Assembly (NCBI GenBank): GCA_038321985.1
Contig: JBBQFN010000024.1
Location: 13,124-77,123, forward strand
Length of the DNA stretch: 64,000 nt
Source of the DNA: Cyanophyceae cyanobacterium
GTDB lineage: Bacteria; Cyanobacteriota; Cyanobacteriia; Cyanobacteriales; Laspinemataceae
Direction: 5' to 3'
This document shows, one piece after another, positions 39,703 through 50,445 of the stretch. The position numbers and the translations under genes are program-made. Below the pieces are notes generated by a model. The model worked only from the letters and a program-made list of their open reading frames with translations, did no database searches and had not been told where the DNA came from. How positions within the stretch are numbered: position 1 is the first letter of the stretch; every line of letters begins with the position of its first letter.

Positions 39703-42700
39703 ATGCAAGCGATCGCTAACTACACGATCACGGAAAAGATTCATGAAAGTGTCCATACCCTGCTCTATCGGGGCTATCGAAAAGGGGACGATACTTCAGT
39801 AATTATTAAAATTCCCAGTGCCGAATATCCGACAGTGGGAGAGTTGGTTCGATTGCGAAATCAATATGCGATCGCCAAAAATTTAAACGTGAGGGGAATT
39901 GTCAAACCCTTAAGTCTGGAACGGGATCGAAACGGGGTTGCTTTAATTCTTGAAGACTTTGGGGGGATATCCTTAAAAGATTATATCACATCCCATCCTC
40001 TTTCTATCGCTGATTTTCTTTATATTGGGATCCAAATTGCAGATGCTTTAGAAGCACTCTATCAACACCAGATTATTCATAAAGATATTAAACCGGATAA
40101 TATTTTAATTTACCCGCCGACGAAGCTGGTGAAGTTAACAGATTTTAGTATTTCGTCTCGGTTGCCCAAAGAAACCTTAACCCTCGTCAATCCTACCGCT
40201 TTAGAGGGGACTTTAGCTTATATTTCCCCGGAACAAACGGGGAGAATGAACCGCTTAATTGATTATCGGACGGATTTTTATTCTCTAGGGGTAACCTTTT
40301 ATGAACTGCTGACGGGAACCTTGCCTTTTTCCTCCACCGATCCGATGGAATTAGTCCATTATCACATTGCTAAACAGCCCGTACCACCAGATCGGGTAGT
40401 TCCGGGGATTCCCCAGGCGATCTCCGAGATCGTCATGAAACTGATGGAGAAAAATGCTGAATCCCGGTATCAAACGGCCCTGGGGTTAAAAACAGATTTA
40501 GAAATCTGTTTAACTCAGTTACAAAACACCGGCACTATTGAATCTTTTGCGATCGCCCAGAGGGATATTGCCCCGCGATTCCAGATTCCGGAAAAATTGT
40601 ACGGACGAAGGCTGGAAATAAACCGCTTAATGGGTGCATTTGAGCGGGTTGCCGCCGGCAGTACCGAACTGATGTTAGTGGCGGGATATTCAGGAATTGG
40701 CAAATCCGCCTTAGTTCAGGAAATTCACAAACCGATTCTCGCGAAACGCGGTTATTTTATCTCGGGAAAATTTGACCAATTTAAGAGAAATATCCCCTTT
40801 GCGCCCCTAATTAAAGCCTTTCAAGATTTAATTCGACACCACATTCTCACCGAAAGTCGCCCGGCGATCGCGACTTGGAAGCAACAACTCGCTGACGCCT
40901 TGGAAAATCAAGCCCAAGTCATTATTGATGTGATTTCCGAAGTAGAATTACTACTCGGAAAACAGTCCCCCATTCCCGAACTCCCTGCCGCTGAATCTCA
41001 AAATCGGTTTAACCGCCTGTTCCAAAAGTTTGTCGGAGTTTTTGCCAGCGCCCATCATCCTTTAGTGCTATTTTTAGATGATTTGCAATGGGCAGATATC
41101 GCTTCGTTGCAGTTACTAGAATTGCTATTAAGTGAGTCGGATTTACACCATTTCTTCGTGATTGGGGCCTATCGGGATAACGAAGTGAGTCCGGTTCATC
41201 CCTTGATGTTGACCGTTGAGCGCATCCAAAAAACTGACGTAGTTGGCATCAACCGAATTGAAGTTCCGCCCCTGAAGCGCGAGGATCTTCATCAATTAGT
41301 TGCCGATGCCTTAAGTTGTCCCCAAACGCGATCTCAACGGCTTTCCGGACTGGTCTTTCAAAAAACTGAAGGGAATCCCTTCTTTGTTACTCAATTTTTA
41401 AAATCCCTCTATGAAGATAATCTGTTAGAGTACGACGGCGATAGCGGGTATTGGCAGTGCGATATCAGCCAAGTGCAATCCTTAGCGGCTTCCCAGAACA
41501 TTGTCGAATTCATGGCAACTCAGTTGCAGCGATTACCCGCGCCCACACAAACGGTTTTAACATTAGCCGCCTGTATCGGACATCAATTTGATTTAGCGAC
41601 TTTAGCGTTAGTGTATCAGCATTCCCTGGCGGAAACATCGATGCAGTTGTGGGAAGCACTGCAAGCGGGGATGGTAATTCCCGTCAGTGAATTGTATAAA
41701 TTTTTCCAAGCTGATTCTCAGCCTGACGGAGCCAATCTCACCGAAGCCCCATTGGTTCAGTATAAGTTTTTACACGATCGCATCCAGCAAGCGGCTTATT
41801 CCTTAATTCCCGAGGGGGAGAAAAAAGTCACCCACCTCAAACTGGGACGGTTACTGTTACACAATACGCCACCGTCCGCCTTAGACGAAAATCTTTTTGA
41901 TTTAGTTAATCAATTGAATCTGGGTTCTGATTTAATCGAAAATCAAGGCGAAAAATATCAACTGGCTGAATTGAATTTGCAAGCGGGACAGAAAGCGAAA
42001 GCTGCTACGGCATACGAACCAGCATTACGGTATTTGAGTCGCGGGTTAGAACTGCTAAACTCAACCAGTTGGGATAGTCGCTATGATTTAACCCTCCAGC
42101 TTCATGTCGCCGCCTCAGAATCAGCTTATCTGAGTACGGACTTTGAGCGCATGGAATGCCTTGCGGAAATCGTCCTAGAAAAAGCAACTGTTCTCCTGGA
42201 CAAAATTCAAGTTTATGAAGTTAAAATTCAAGCCTATACCGCCCAAAATAAACAATTAGACGCCCTGGTTACCGCCCGAGAGTCCTTGATTTTATTGGGA
42301 ATAGATTTACCCGAACAGCCCAGCTTTGGGGATATTCAAAATGGCCTGGGGGAACTATTCACCTTGTTAAATAGCCAAAGCATTGCCGCCTTAAGCGAAT
42401 TACCCATAATGAGCGATGCTAACTCAAAAGCAGCGATGCGGATTCTCAATAATGCCATTACTCCGGCGTATCAATCTGCTCCTTTACTGTTGCCCTTGGT
42501 GGTTTTTGCAGAAATTAAACTATCTCTTAAATATGGTAATATTGATGAGTCGGCTTATGCCTACGCCTGTTATGGATTAATTCTATGTGGCATTGTCGGA
42601 GACATTGAAACCGGCCATCAATTCGGACAGTTAGCCTTAAAGATCCTGGCTCAATTCAATAATCCCAAGCTCAAATCGCGGACCGTAATGGTGGTGAATA

Positions 42701-45180
42701 ATAATGTTCGGTTGTGGAAAGAGCCCCTCCTAGAAACTATTCCCCCTTTACTGAGTGCTTATGAGAGTGGATTGGAAAGCGGAGATTTAGAATATGCCGG
42801 TCTTTGTGCTTATAATTACTGTATCAATTCCTATTTTGCCGGGAAAGAACTGGGGCAGTTAGAAGCCGAAATGACCTCCTACAGCTTGATGATGGAGAAA
42901 CTCAAGCAAACCAATACCCTCAACTATCAAAAAATGTATTGGCAGGTGGTGTCCCAACTAATTCGAGGGACTTCCCGTCCCGGACATTTGATAGGGGAAG
43001 TATATAATGAAGCGCTCATGTTGCCTCTGCATGAACGAACGAGCGATCGCTATGCGTTATGTTGCTTGTACCTGCACAAACTCATTCTCAGCTTTCTCTT
43101 TCGCCAAAGGGACAGCGCCTTTGAAAATGCGGGCATAGCCGCTAATTATTTAGATGGCTTGACTGCAGTTTATCCCTTACCCCTCTTTTATTTTTACGAC
43201 TCTCTTTCTGGATTAGGGATATATTTGAAACGCACGGAATCTGAGCAAGAACTCCTCCGGACTAAAATAGAGGAGAACCAAGCTAAGATGAAGAAATGGG
43301 CGGAATTTTCCCCCCATAATTTTCAGCATAAATATGAACTGGTTGAGGCTGAAAAAGCGCGAGTTTTTGGGGATATTGCCGAGGCGATCGCGGGTTATGA
43401 TAACGCCATTGTCCATGCCCGAGAAAGCGGATACATTCAAGAAGAAGCCCTCGCCAACGAACTGGCTGGAGAATTTCATTTAGGGCGAGGTAGCCAACAA
43501 ATTGCTCAGTTTTATTTGACCGAAGCCTATTATGGATATGCTCGTTGGTCAGCAACGGCTAAGGTGAAATTACTAGAACAGAAATATCCCTTAGTCTTGG
43601 CAAGAGTGACCCAACGAACAGTCATTCGCCCTTTCAGTATTCAGGAAACCATTTCTTCCTTTTCTACAACCAACACCAGCATTACTCAAGGCGGTGCGGT
43701 TTTAGATATAGCAGCGGTTATGAAAGCTCTACTAGGACTTTCTGAAGAACTGGTTTTAGATAGATTCCTTAACAAATTGATGGAAGTCATTCTAGAGAAT
43801 GCGGGGGCACAACACGGATTTTTAATCCTAGAGCGAGAGGGAAAACAAGTTATTCAAGCCACAGGAAGTGTGGATGAAGAAACGGTGAGTGCGGCTCCGC
43901 ATTCAGTCGAAATCGATTGTGTGGGAATTCCCCTTGAAGACGTATCCTGTTTACCCTTGACTGTGGTCAATTATGTGCAGCGAACCGGAGAAGTTCTGGT
44001 GATTAATAATGCGGCAGTCGAGTCGGTGTTTACCAGTGACCCCTATATTCTTAATAAGAAGCCCAAATCGGTTCTTTGCTTTCCGATTGTTTACAAAGGG
44101 GAAACCGTGGCGATTTTATACTTAGAGAATAACTTAACTACCGGAGTGTTTACCCGCGATCGCCTCGAAGTTTTAAAGCTACTCTCATCTCAGGCTGCCA
44201 TTTCCTTAGAGAATGCTCGATTATATCAAAGTTTAGAACAGTCCGTGCATGACTTGACAGAAGCCCAACTGCAACTGGTTCAAAATGAAAAAATGTCTAC
44301 CCTCGGACAGTTGGTGGCAGGAGTCGCCCACGAAATTAACAATCCCCTCAGCTTTGTTCACGGCAATCTGAGTATGGCCCTGGAATACGCGGAAGACTTG
44401 CTCAACCATCTGCAACTTTATGGGGAATTTTATCCGGACCCCGTTCCCGAGATTCAAGCTCATGCTAAGCAGATAGATTTAGAATACCTGAAAGAAGATT
44501 TTCTGGAGATGCTACGTTCCATGAACTTGGGTACCGATCGCATCAAGGAAATTGTTAAATCCTTAAAGAATTTTTCCCGCAAAGATCCAGGGGTTTTTCA
44601 AAAAGCAGATATTCATGCGGGGCTAGATAGCACCTTGTTGATTTTATCTAATCGCTTGAAAGCCACGGGTTCTAAACCAGCGATTACGGTAATTAAAGAG
44701 TATGGAAATCTGCCGTTAGTGCAGTGTTATCCCGGACAATTGAATCAGGTATTTATGAACTTGATTGCCAATGCGATCGATGCGTTAGACTCCGGGGCTT
44801 CTAGTCGCTTGTCATTGGCGGCGAGTCATTTATCCGGGGTTCTTAATCCTTCCTCTGTAGAGAATCAGCCCGCCCCCGCGACGAATCAGTTAGTCCCGAC
44901 AACTATTCGCATTCGCACGGAAGTGATAGAAAATTGCATTGCCATTTATATTAGCGATAATGGCTGTGGGATGACGGAGGAAGTCCAACAAAAATTGTTT
45001 AATACCTTCTTTACGACTAAACCGGAAGGAAAAGGGACGGGACTGGGTTTATCGATTAGCTATCAAATTATTGTCGAACGTCATAAAGGAGAACTAATCT
45101 GTACCTCCAAACCGGAAGAAGGCACAGAATTTATGATTAAAATTCCGATGCGCCACGAGACTCGGCTACTTCAATCATAG
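39703..45180 (+). CDS. Ser/Thr kinase - AAA ATPase - GAF - histidine kinase (HstK-like dual kinase)
   Basis: HKDIKPDN, TDFS, YISPEQTGRMN; GYSGIGKS Walker A, FLDDLQWAD; GAF; VAHEINNP, GKGTGLGL. Confidence 0.92.
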   Translation: MQAIANYTITEKIHESVHTLLYRGYRKGDDTSVIIKIPSAEYPTVGELVRLRNQYAIAKNLNVRGIVKPLSLERDRNGVALILEDFGGISLKDYITSHPLSIADFLYIGIQIADALEALYQHQIIHKDIKPDNILIYPPTKLVKLTDFSISSRLPKETLTLVNPTALEGTLAYISPEQTGRMNRLIDYRTDFYSLGVTFYELLTGTLPFSSTDPMELVHYHIAKQPVPPDRVVPGIPQAISEIVMKLMEKNAESRYQTALGLKTDLEICLTQLQNTGTIESFAIAQRDIAPRFQIPEKLYGRRLEINRLMGAFERVAAGSTELMLVAGYSGIGKSALVQEIHKPILAKRGYFISGKFDQFKRNIPFAPLIKAFQDLIRHHILTESRPAIATWKQQLADALENQAQVIIDVISEVELLLGKQSPIPELPAAESQNRFNRLFQKFVGVFASAHHPLVLFLDDLQWADIASLQLLELLLSESDLHHFFVIGAYRDNEVSPVHPLMLTVERIQKTDVVGINRIEVPPLKREDLHQLVADALSCPQTRSQRLSGLVFQKTEGNPFFVTQFLKSLYEDNLLEYDGDSGYWQCDISQVQSLAASQNIVEFMATQLQRLPAPTQTVLTLAACIGHQFDLATLALVYQHSLAETSMQLWEALQAGMVIPVSELYKFFQADSQPDGANLTEAPLVQYKFLHDRIQQAAYSLIPEGEKKVTHLKLGRLLLHNTPPSALDENLFDLVNQLNLGSDLIENQGEKYQLAELNLQAGQKAKAATAYEPALRYLSRGLELLNSTSWDSRYDLTLQLHVAASESAYLSTDFERMECLAEIVLEKATVLLDKIQVYEVKIQAYTAQNKQLDALVTARESLILLGIDLPEQPSFGDIQNGLGELFTLLNSQSIAALSELPIMSDANSKAAMRILNNAITPAYQSAPLLLPLVVFAEIKLSLKYGNIDESAYAYACYGLILCGIVGDIETGHQFGQLALKILAQFNNPKLKSRTVMVVNNNVRLWKEPLLETIPPLLSAYESGLESGDLEYAGLCAYNYCINSYFAGKELGQLEAEMTSYSLMMEKLKQTNTLNYQKMYWQVVSQLIRGTSRPGHLIGEVYNEALMLPLHERTSDRYALCCLYLHKLILSFLFRQRDSAFENAGIAANYLDGLTAVYPLPLFYFYDSLSGLGIYLKRTESEQELLRTKIEENQAKMKKWAEFSPHNFQHKYELVEAEKARVFGDIAEAIAGYDNAIVHARESGYIQEEALANELAGEFHLGRGSQQIAQFYLTEAYYGYARWSATAKVKLLEQKYPLVLARVTQRTVIRPFSIQETISSFSTTNTSITQGGAVLDIAAVMKALLGLSEELVLDRFLNKLMEVILENAGAQHGFLILEREGKQVIQATGSVDEETVSAAPHSVEIDCVGIPLEDVSCLPLTVVNYVQRTGEVLVINNAAVESVFTSDPYILNKKPKSVLCFPIVYKGETVAILYLENNLTTGVFTRDRLEVLKLLSSQAAISLENARLYQSLEQSVHDLTEAQLQLVQNEKMSTLGQLVAGVAHEINNPLSFVHGNLSMALEYAEDLLNHLQLYGEFYPDPVPEIQAHAKQIDLEYLKEDFLEMLRSMNLGTDRIKEIVKSLKNFSRKDPGVFQKADIHAGLDSTLLILSNRLKATGSKPAITVIKEYGNLPLVQCYPGQLNQVFMNLIANAIDALDSGASSRLSLAASHLSGVLNPSSVENQPAPATNQLVPTTIRIRTEVIENCIAIYISDNGCGMTEEVQQKLFNTFFTTKPEGKGTGLGLSISYQIIVERHKGELICTSKPEEGTEFMIKIPMRHETRLLQS

Positions 45181-45185
45181 GAGGA

Positions 45186-46124
45186 TTAAACCCCGGGCGA
45201 TTGGGTGACGGTTTGTAAAATTTTCAGGGGTCCAGCTTCTTTGAGCATTTGCATTTCCTGGGGATTGCGGACAAATAGAGAACCGGCAAAGGCTAAGGAG
45301 TTAATTGAAATAGAATTAAAATTTTCCTGCGATCGCGGCACAATGATCATCCAGTCTCGTGTTACCAGAAGGTTGTAAGGACCCGGTTGTTTGGGTGCGG
45401 TTTCTTGCGGGTTTAAACCCACGGCTTCTAATAATTTATAATAGGAAGTGAGGGTAATTTGGGCCGCTTCCAAGGGCGTATGAAATAAGTCAGGTTCACA
45501 GAAGGCGATGGCACAAGCAAAAGGAAAATCAGCAATCATACCCACCCCATTTACAACGGTAGCTGAAGCGATCGCCGGTTCTATGGGAATCCGGGGTCCC
45601 TCCGGGGCGATCGGTATTGGCACTAATTGCAAATGTTTGTGTCTCTGACTCGCCCCCGCTTCCTTCCCGCCATTATAAAACGCTAACCCATCCAACTGCT
45701 GCAACCCCGCCCACATCGCCTCAAAATCCGCCAGGGTGAGTAACATTTCCTGGTCTTCAAACTCCCGGGTTACTAATAATAAATGATAGTCTACTACATT
45801 AAATTTATTTAACAAGCAAACATGAGTGGGGGAAATATCAGCCACGAATAAATCGCGCTCATAGGGCAAAAAGGGATTAAATTCTTGTCCGGATTTCTGA
45901 GGCTTTTTATTTTGCGTTTGCTTCGCCTCATCCTTGCGCACGAGATTCGACAAAATCCGAACTAAAAAGCGAATGCCATTGGCTTCAATAAAGTCAGAAT
46001 CCGTAGGAATAGACTGGAGAGCACCGGATTCGATCGCCTCCTCAGTGCGCTGCTGAACTTTTTCCCATAATATACCCGGTTCTAGGGTCAGTGTACCTGG
46101 CAAAGTTGGTTTTTCCTCTATCAT
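45186..46124 (-). CDS. ATP adenylyltransferase / Ap4A phosphorylase II family
   Basis: FNPFLPYE, LNKFNVV..HLLLVT, FYNGG..AGASQRHKHLQ HIT-like motif. Confidence 0.88.
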   Translation of the reverse strand: MIEEKPTLPGTLTLEPGILWEKVQQRTEEAIESGALQSIPTDSDFIEANGIRFLVRILSNLVRKDEAKQTQNKKPQKSGQEFNPFLPYERDLFVADISPTHVCLLNKFNVVDYHLLLVTREFEDQEMLLTLADFEAMWAGLQQLDGLAFYNGGKEAGASQRHKHLQLVPIPIAPEGPRIPIEPAIASATVVNGVGMIADFPFACAIAFCEPDLFHTPLEAAQITLTSYYKLLEAVGLNPQETAPKQPGPYNLLVTRDWMIIVPRSQENFNSISINSLAFAGSLFVRNPQEMQMLKEAGPLKILQTVTQSPGV

Positions 46125-46301
46125 GATGGCAATGAGACGGATAAGATTACCGGATCTACTGTAGAACAGATCCGGACATTTGACTAGGGTGTACTGGGTC
46201 GATAAATAGGGAGGAGGGATAAATATATTTTATCAGAGTTTGAATGAAAAATCTAGGATTTAATCTAAAATAAAAAAGGGTTTTTAATTCAAAATTAGGC
46301 T

Positions 46302-47696
46302 ATGAGTGCATCAAATCATTCTGACCCATCCGGACGGGGAGTTCCGACACTTCCCCCCCATTTGAATCTGCGATCGTATCAAAAAGAGGCTGTTGCCAGT
46401 TGGTTTAGTAACCAAGGACGCGGTACTCTAAAAATGGCAACGGGAAGTGGCAAAACCATCGCTGCCTTGGCGATCGCCACGGAACTGTATCACCGGATCG
46501 GGTTGCAAGTTCTGCTCATCGTCTGTCCTTACCGCCATCTTGTTAATCAATGGGCGCGAGAATGTGAGAGTTTCGGCCTCCTCCCCATTTTAGCCTTTGA
46601 GAATGTTTATACCTGGCAGAGTCTGCTTTCCACCCAACTTTATAACGTCAGTGCAAATATCCAGCCTTTTCTCACAATTATTACCACTAATGCCACTTTA
46701 ATCAGTGAAGGATTGCAGTCTCAACTCCGTTATTTCCCTGAAAAAACTTTAATTATTGGGGATGAAGCCCATAACCTAGGTGCATCCCGCCTCGAAGAAA
46801 GTTTACCCCGTCAAATTGGCTTAAGATTGGCGCTTTCTGCTACTCCTGAACGCTATTTTGATGAGAGTGGTACTCAAGGATTATTCGACTATTTTGGCTC
46901 GGTTATTCCCCCAGAATTAACCCTAGCTGATGCCATTCGAGCCGGGGCTTTAGTGCGCTATCTCTATTATCCTATTTTAGTTAATTTAACTGAATCTGAG
47001 GGCTATGCTTATTTAAAATTAACAAAGCGAATTGGCTGGGCGCTGCGCCATGAAGAAAATATAGATATCAACGATGATTTAAGAGGATTATTAATGCAGC
47101 GAGCGCGGTTAGTGGGGGCCGCCAGCAATAAATTAAATGCCTTGCGTGAGTTAATGAAAACTCGTTTAAATACCAGTCATACCTTATTTTATTGTGGGGA
47201 TGGCACCGTTGAACCGTCGCCCTCCGGTGGCAGTAACCGTCAACTAGAGGCGGTTTCTCACCTCCTGGGGTCGGAACTCGGGTATCGGATCAATACCTAT
47301 ACTACGGATACGGCGATCGAGGAACGAGAAGAATTGCGACGGCAATTTGAAAGTGGAGAATTACAAGGATTAGTAGCCATTCGCTGCTTAGATGAAGGGG
47401 TCGATATTCCGGCTATTCAAACCGCTGTTATTCTCGCATCTAGTGGCAATCCCCGCCAGTTTATTCAGCGTCGGGGTCGAATTTTACGTCCCCACCCTAA
47501 AAAAGAACGAGCTACCCTATTTGATACGATTGTTATGCCACCCAATTTAGACCGAGAAGCCCTAGAAATTGAGCGAAATATCTTAAAAAAAGAATTGCGT
47601 CGCTTCATAGAATTTGCTGATTTAGCTGATAATGCTGGAGAAGCGCGAGTGCAATTACTGCAACTTCAGAAATCTTACGGATTGTTAAGTCTTTGA
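46302..47696 (+). CDS. SF2 DEAH helicase of the Dnd-associated restriction family (PbeA-like, no PLD domain)
   Basis: LRSYQ, MATGSGKT, GDEAHNLG, LSATPERY, LDEGVDIP, NPRQFIQRRGRILR; starts directly at the Q-motif. Confidence 0.8.
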   Translation: MSASNHSDPSGRGVPTLPPHLNLRSYQKEAVASWFSNQGRGTLKMATGSGKTIAALAIATELYHRIGLQVLLIVCPYRHLVNQWARECESFGLLPILAFENVYTWQSLLSTQLYNVSANIQPFLTIITTNATLISEGLQSQLRYFPEKTLIIGDEAHNLGASRLEESLPRQIGLRLALSATPERYFDESGTQGLFDYFGSVIPPELTLADAIRAGALVRYLYYPILVNLTESEGYAYLKLTKRIGWALRHEENIDINDDLRGLLMQRARLVGAASNKLNALRELMKTRLNTSHTLFYCGDGTVEPSPSGGSNRQLEAVSHLLGSELGYRINTYTTDTAIEEREELRRQFESGELQGLVAIRCLDEGVDIPAIQTAVILASSGNPRQFIQRRGRILRPHPKKERATLFDTIVMPPNLDREALEIERNILKKELRRFIEFADLADNAGEARVQLLQLQKSYGLLSL

Positions 47697-47765
47697 CAGT
47701 TGGGGTCAAGACCGCTAAGATTGATAACAATTGGGTAAAACGTCAATCGGGGAGGAAATCACAAG

Positions 47766-48059
47766 ATGTACGCCAGTAACCCGCCAGAATCGAATACAAC
47801 CGTTGCCATCGCTGATCCTTACAGGACGGTTGCCGTCAAAAAGCCTCTCATTTTTGCGGAAAATCACTCTTCCTATCACCCTAGCGATCGCCTCCCCGAC
47901 AATCTCCGGGATATCGAAGAACCGATTACCAGTGCCTCCCCAGAAGTTCGGGCAATTATTGAGCGCGTTTTACAAGCTGAAAAAGATAAACTTTATATGA
48001 AAGCTCCCCGCAATATTAACGATGATATCCTCAAAATTGTTAAGGAAGCAATCCAATGA
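47766..48059 (+). CDS. Small protein translationally coupled to the ATPase (PbeB-like position)
   Basis: ATGA overlap with the next gene; helical C-terminus IIERVLQAEKDKLY...INDDILKIVKEAI. Confidence 0.7.
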   Translation: MYASNPPESNTTVAIADPYRTVAVKKPLIFAENHSSYHPSDRLPDNLRDIEEPITSASPEVRAIIERVLQAEKDKLYMKAPRNINDDILKIVKEAIQ

Positions 48060-50128
48060 AACTTATTTCTCTAAAACTTTGTAATTTCCGCCAATTCTAT
48101 GGTAAAACCCCCGAAATTTTCCTTTCCAGAGGAGCGCACAATACCACGATTATTCATGGCAATAACGGGTCTGGCAAAACAACTTTAATGAATGCTTTTA
48201 CCTGGGTTCTTTATGAACAATTTTCGGCAGCATTTGCCGGACCCGATCGCCTCGTAAATAAACGCGCAGTCTGCGAAGCAAAAGCCGGTGAGGCTGTTCC
48301 CTGTTGGGTTCAATTGGTGTTTGAACATGACAATAAACGCTATCAAGCCAAACGCTTAATTCGCGCTTACAATACCGACACCGGAATTACCCACGGTTCG
48401 AGTGAATTATTTATGACGATCGCCGGAGATGATGGGCGATGGTCCCCGCCACCGCCTCAACAACATCCGGATGATATTATTGGCCGAATTTTACCTGAAA
48501 GTTTGCATCAATATTTCTTTTTTGACGGAGAACGAATTGAGTATATTGTCCGTTCTGAGAAAAAAGCCGAAATTGCAGAAGCGACTAAGAAATTACTAGG
48601 TTTAGAGGTTTTAAATCGGGCCGTTCGGCATTTAGGCGAAACCCGCAAAACTTTAGAAAATGAGTTAAAAACCATTGGAGACCCCCAAACTAAACAGCTA
48701 TTAAAAGAAAAGGCAGCCCGGGAAAAAGAAAGCAGTCGCCTCACCCATCGACAAACCGAAATTACCCGAGAGTTAGAAGCACAAGGGCAACTTAAGAAAA
48801 CCATCAGCGATCGCTTACTAGAATTAGGAGGTGCTGAAGAATTGCAAAAGCGGCGCAAAAACCTAGAAGAACAAAGCCTCTCCATTCGCAACCAATTAAA
48901 ACAAGCTAAAGAAGCCCTAAAACGAGCTATTTCTACCCAAGGCTATATCACCTTACTGGGTGAATTCACCACAGAATTTAGAACCCTCGTCGATGACTTG
49001 AAAAAGCGAGGGGAATTACCGGCTGGAATTAAACAACCCTTCGTCCAACAATTGCTTGATCGCCAACGTTGTATCTGTGGTGCAGAACTCAACGAAGGCA
49101 ATCCTTCTCACCAACTGGTGCGATCGTGGATGGATAAAGCAGGCATGGCAGACATTGAAGAAACTGCTATTCGCATGAGTACCCAAGTGGAAGGAATCGA
49201 TAAACAAGTCCCGGAATTCTGGCAAGAAATCGACCGTCAACAAAAGGCTATTGAGGAATTTAGAACCAAACTTTCTGCCAGTGAAACTCAGTTAGATGAA
49301 ATTAAAGATAAACTCAGAACTTATCCGGATGACAACATCCAAGAATTGCAAAAGCGTTTAGATGAAATTGAGCGGAAAGTCAGCGAACTGGACCGAGAAG
49401 CCGGTTCTAATCAAACTCAAATTGACAGCGTGCAAGGAGGGATAGAACGACTCAATAAACAACTGGAGAAGCAGAAAATCAACGAAGAGAAACAAGCGTT
49501 AGCCCAAAAACGCATCCTCGCCACTCAGGATGCGATCGACCGCCTTGCCGAGGTGCGATCGCGCCTCGAAAACCAATTTCGCAGCCAACTCCAACAACGA
49601 GTCCAGGAAATTTTTAGCGAAATTTCTTTTACCCCCTATCTCCCTAAACTCAGTGAAAAATACGAACTTACTTTAATTGAAAATACCAGCGGATTTGAAA
49701 TTCCCGTTGCTGCCTCAACCGGAGAAAATCAGATCCTCAGTTTATCTTTTATTGGTGGTATTATCGACGGGGTGCGCGAGTGGAGTAAAAAGAACACCTT
49801 GATGGGACCGGATAGCAGCACCTTTCCCATTGTCATGGACTCCCCTTTTGGTAGTTTAGATGAAATTTATCGCCGCCAAATTGCCAAAATTCTCCCCCAA
49901 CTGGCTAACCAGTTGGTTGTATTAGTCACCAAAACCCAATGGCGCGGAGAAGTTGCCCAAGAAATGGGTCCTTACATTGGCAAAGAATATGTCTTGGTTT
50001 ATAATTCGCCCAAAACAGATTGCGAAGAAGATTGGGTTGAATTAAAAGGAATGCGCTATCCTTTAGTCAAATTCAGTCCTAATGAATTTGAATATACCGA
50101 AATTCTGGAGGTTGAGGAGGTATTTTAA
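48056..50128 (+). CDS. Rad50/SMC-like ATPase, DndD paralogue (PbeC-like)
   Basis: LCNFRQFYG, GNNGSGKTT, FFFDGERI, central CICG, ASTGE signature, VMDSPFGSLD. Confidence 0.85.
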   Translation: MKLISLKLCNFRQFYGKTPEIFLSRGAHNTTIIHGNNGSGKTTLMNAFTWVLYEQFSAAFAGPDRLVNKRAVCEAKAGEAVPCWVQLVFEHDNKRYQAKRLIRAYNTDTGITHGSSELFMTIAGDDGRWSPPPPQQHPDDIIGRILPESLHQYFFFDGERIEYIVRSEKKAEIAEATKKLLGLEVLNRAVRHLGETRKTLENELKTIGDPQTKQLLKEKAAREKESSRLTHRQTEITRELEAQGQLKKTISDRLLELGGAEELQKRRKNLEEQSLSIRNQLKQAKEALKRAISTQGYITLLGEFTTEFRTLVDDLKKRGELPAGIKQPFVQQLLDRQRCICGAELNEGNPSHQLVRSWMDKAGMADIEETAIRMSTQVEGIDKQVPEFWQEIDRQQKAIEEFRTKLSASETQLDEIKDKLRTYPDDNIQELQKRLDEIERKVSELDREAGSNQTQIDSVQGGIERLNKQLEKQKINEEKQALAQKRILATQDAIDRLAEVRSRLENQFRSQLQQRVQEIFSEISFTPYLPKLSEKYELTLIENTSGFEIPVAASTGENQILSLSFIGGIIDGVREWSKKNTLMGPDSSTFPIVMDSPFGSLDEIYRRQIAKILPQLANQLVVLVTKTQWRGEVAQEMGPYIGKEYVLVYNSPKTDCEEDWVELKGMRYPLVKFSPNEFEYTEILEVEEVF

Positions 50129-50445
50129 GGAAAGCTATAAATTAAAAATTAGGCAGTCTGTAAGCAGGTATTATTTATGAAATAAACTCCCATCCAGAAA
50201 ACACGTAGCGTCAGTTAGGGATAAAATTTATATCTCTTCAGTTACCTTTAGGGATATAATTAAAGTTATAGTCTGTCTCTACCGGATAACAGTTTATAAC
50301 CTCTACCCCAACTCACCCCTTATTCAAATTAATCTTTTAGGTAAAGCTATCTTGCACCTGAGAAGAAACTAGCCCAGGCATTCTAAAAATTGGCACAATT
50401 TAGGCTACAAATCTGTCTTATCAAAGAGTAAAAACTTAGTTCCCC

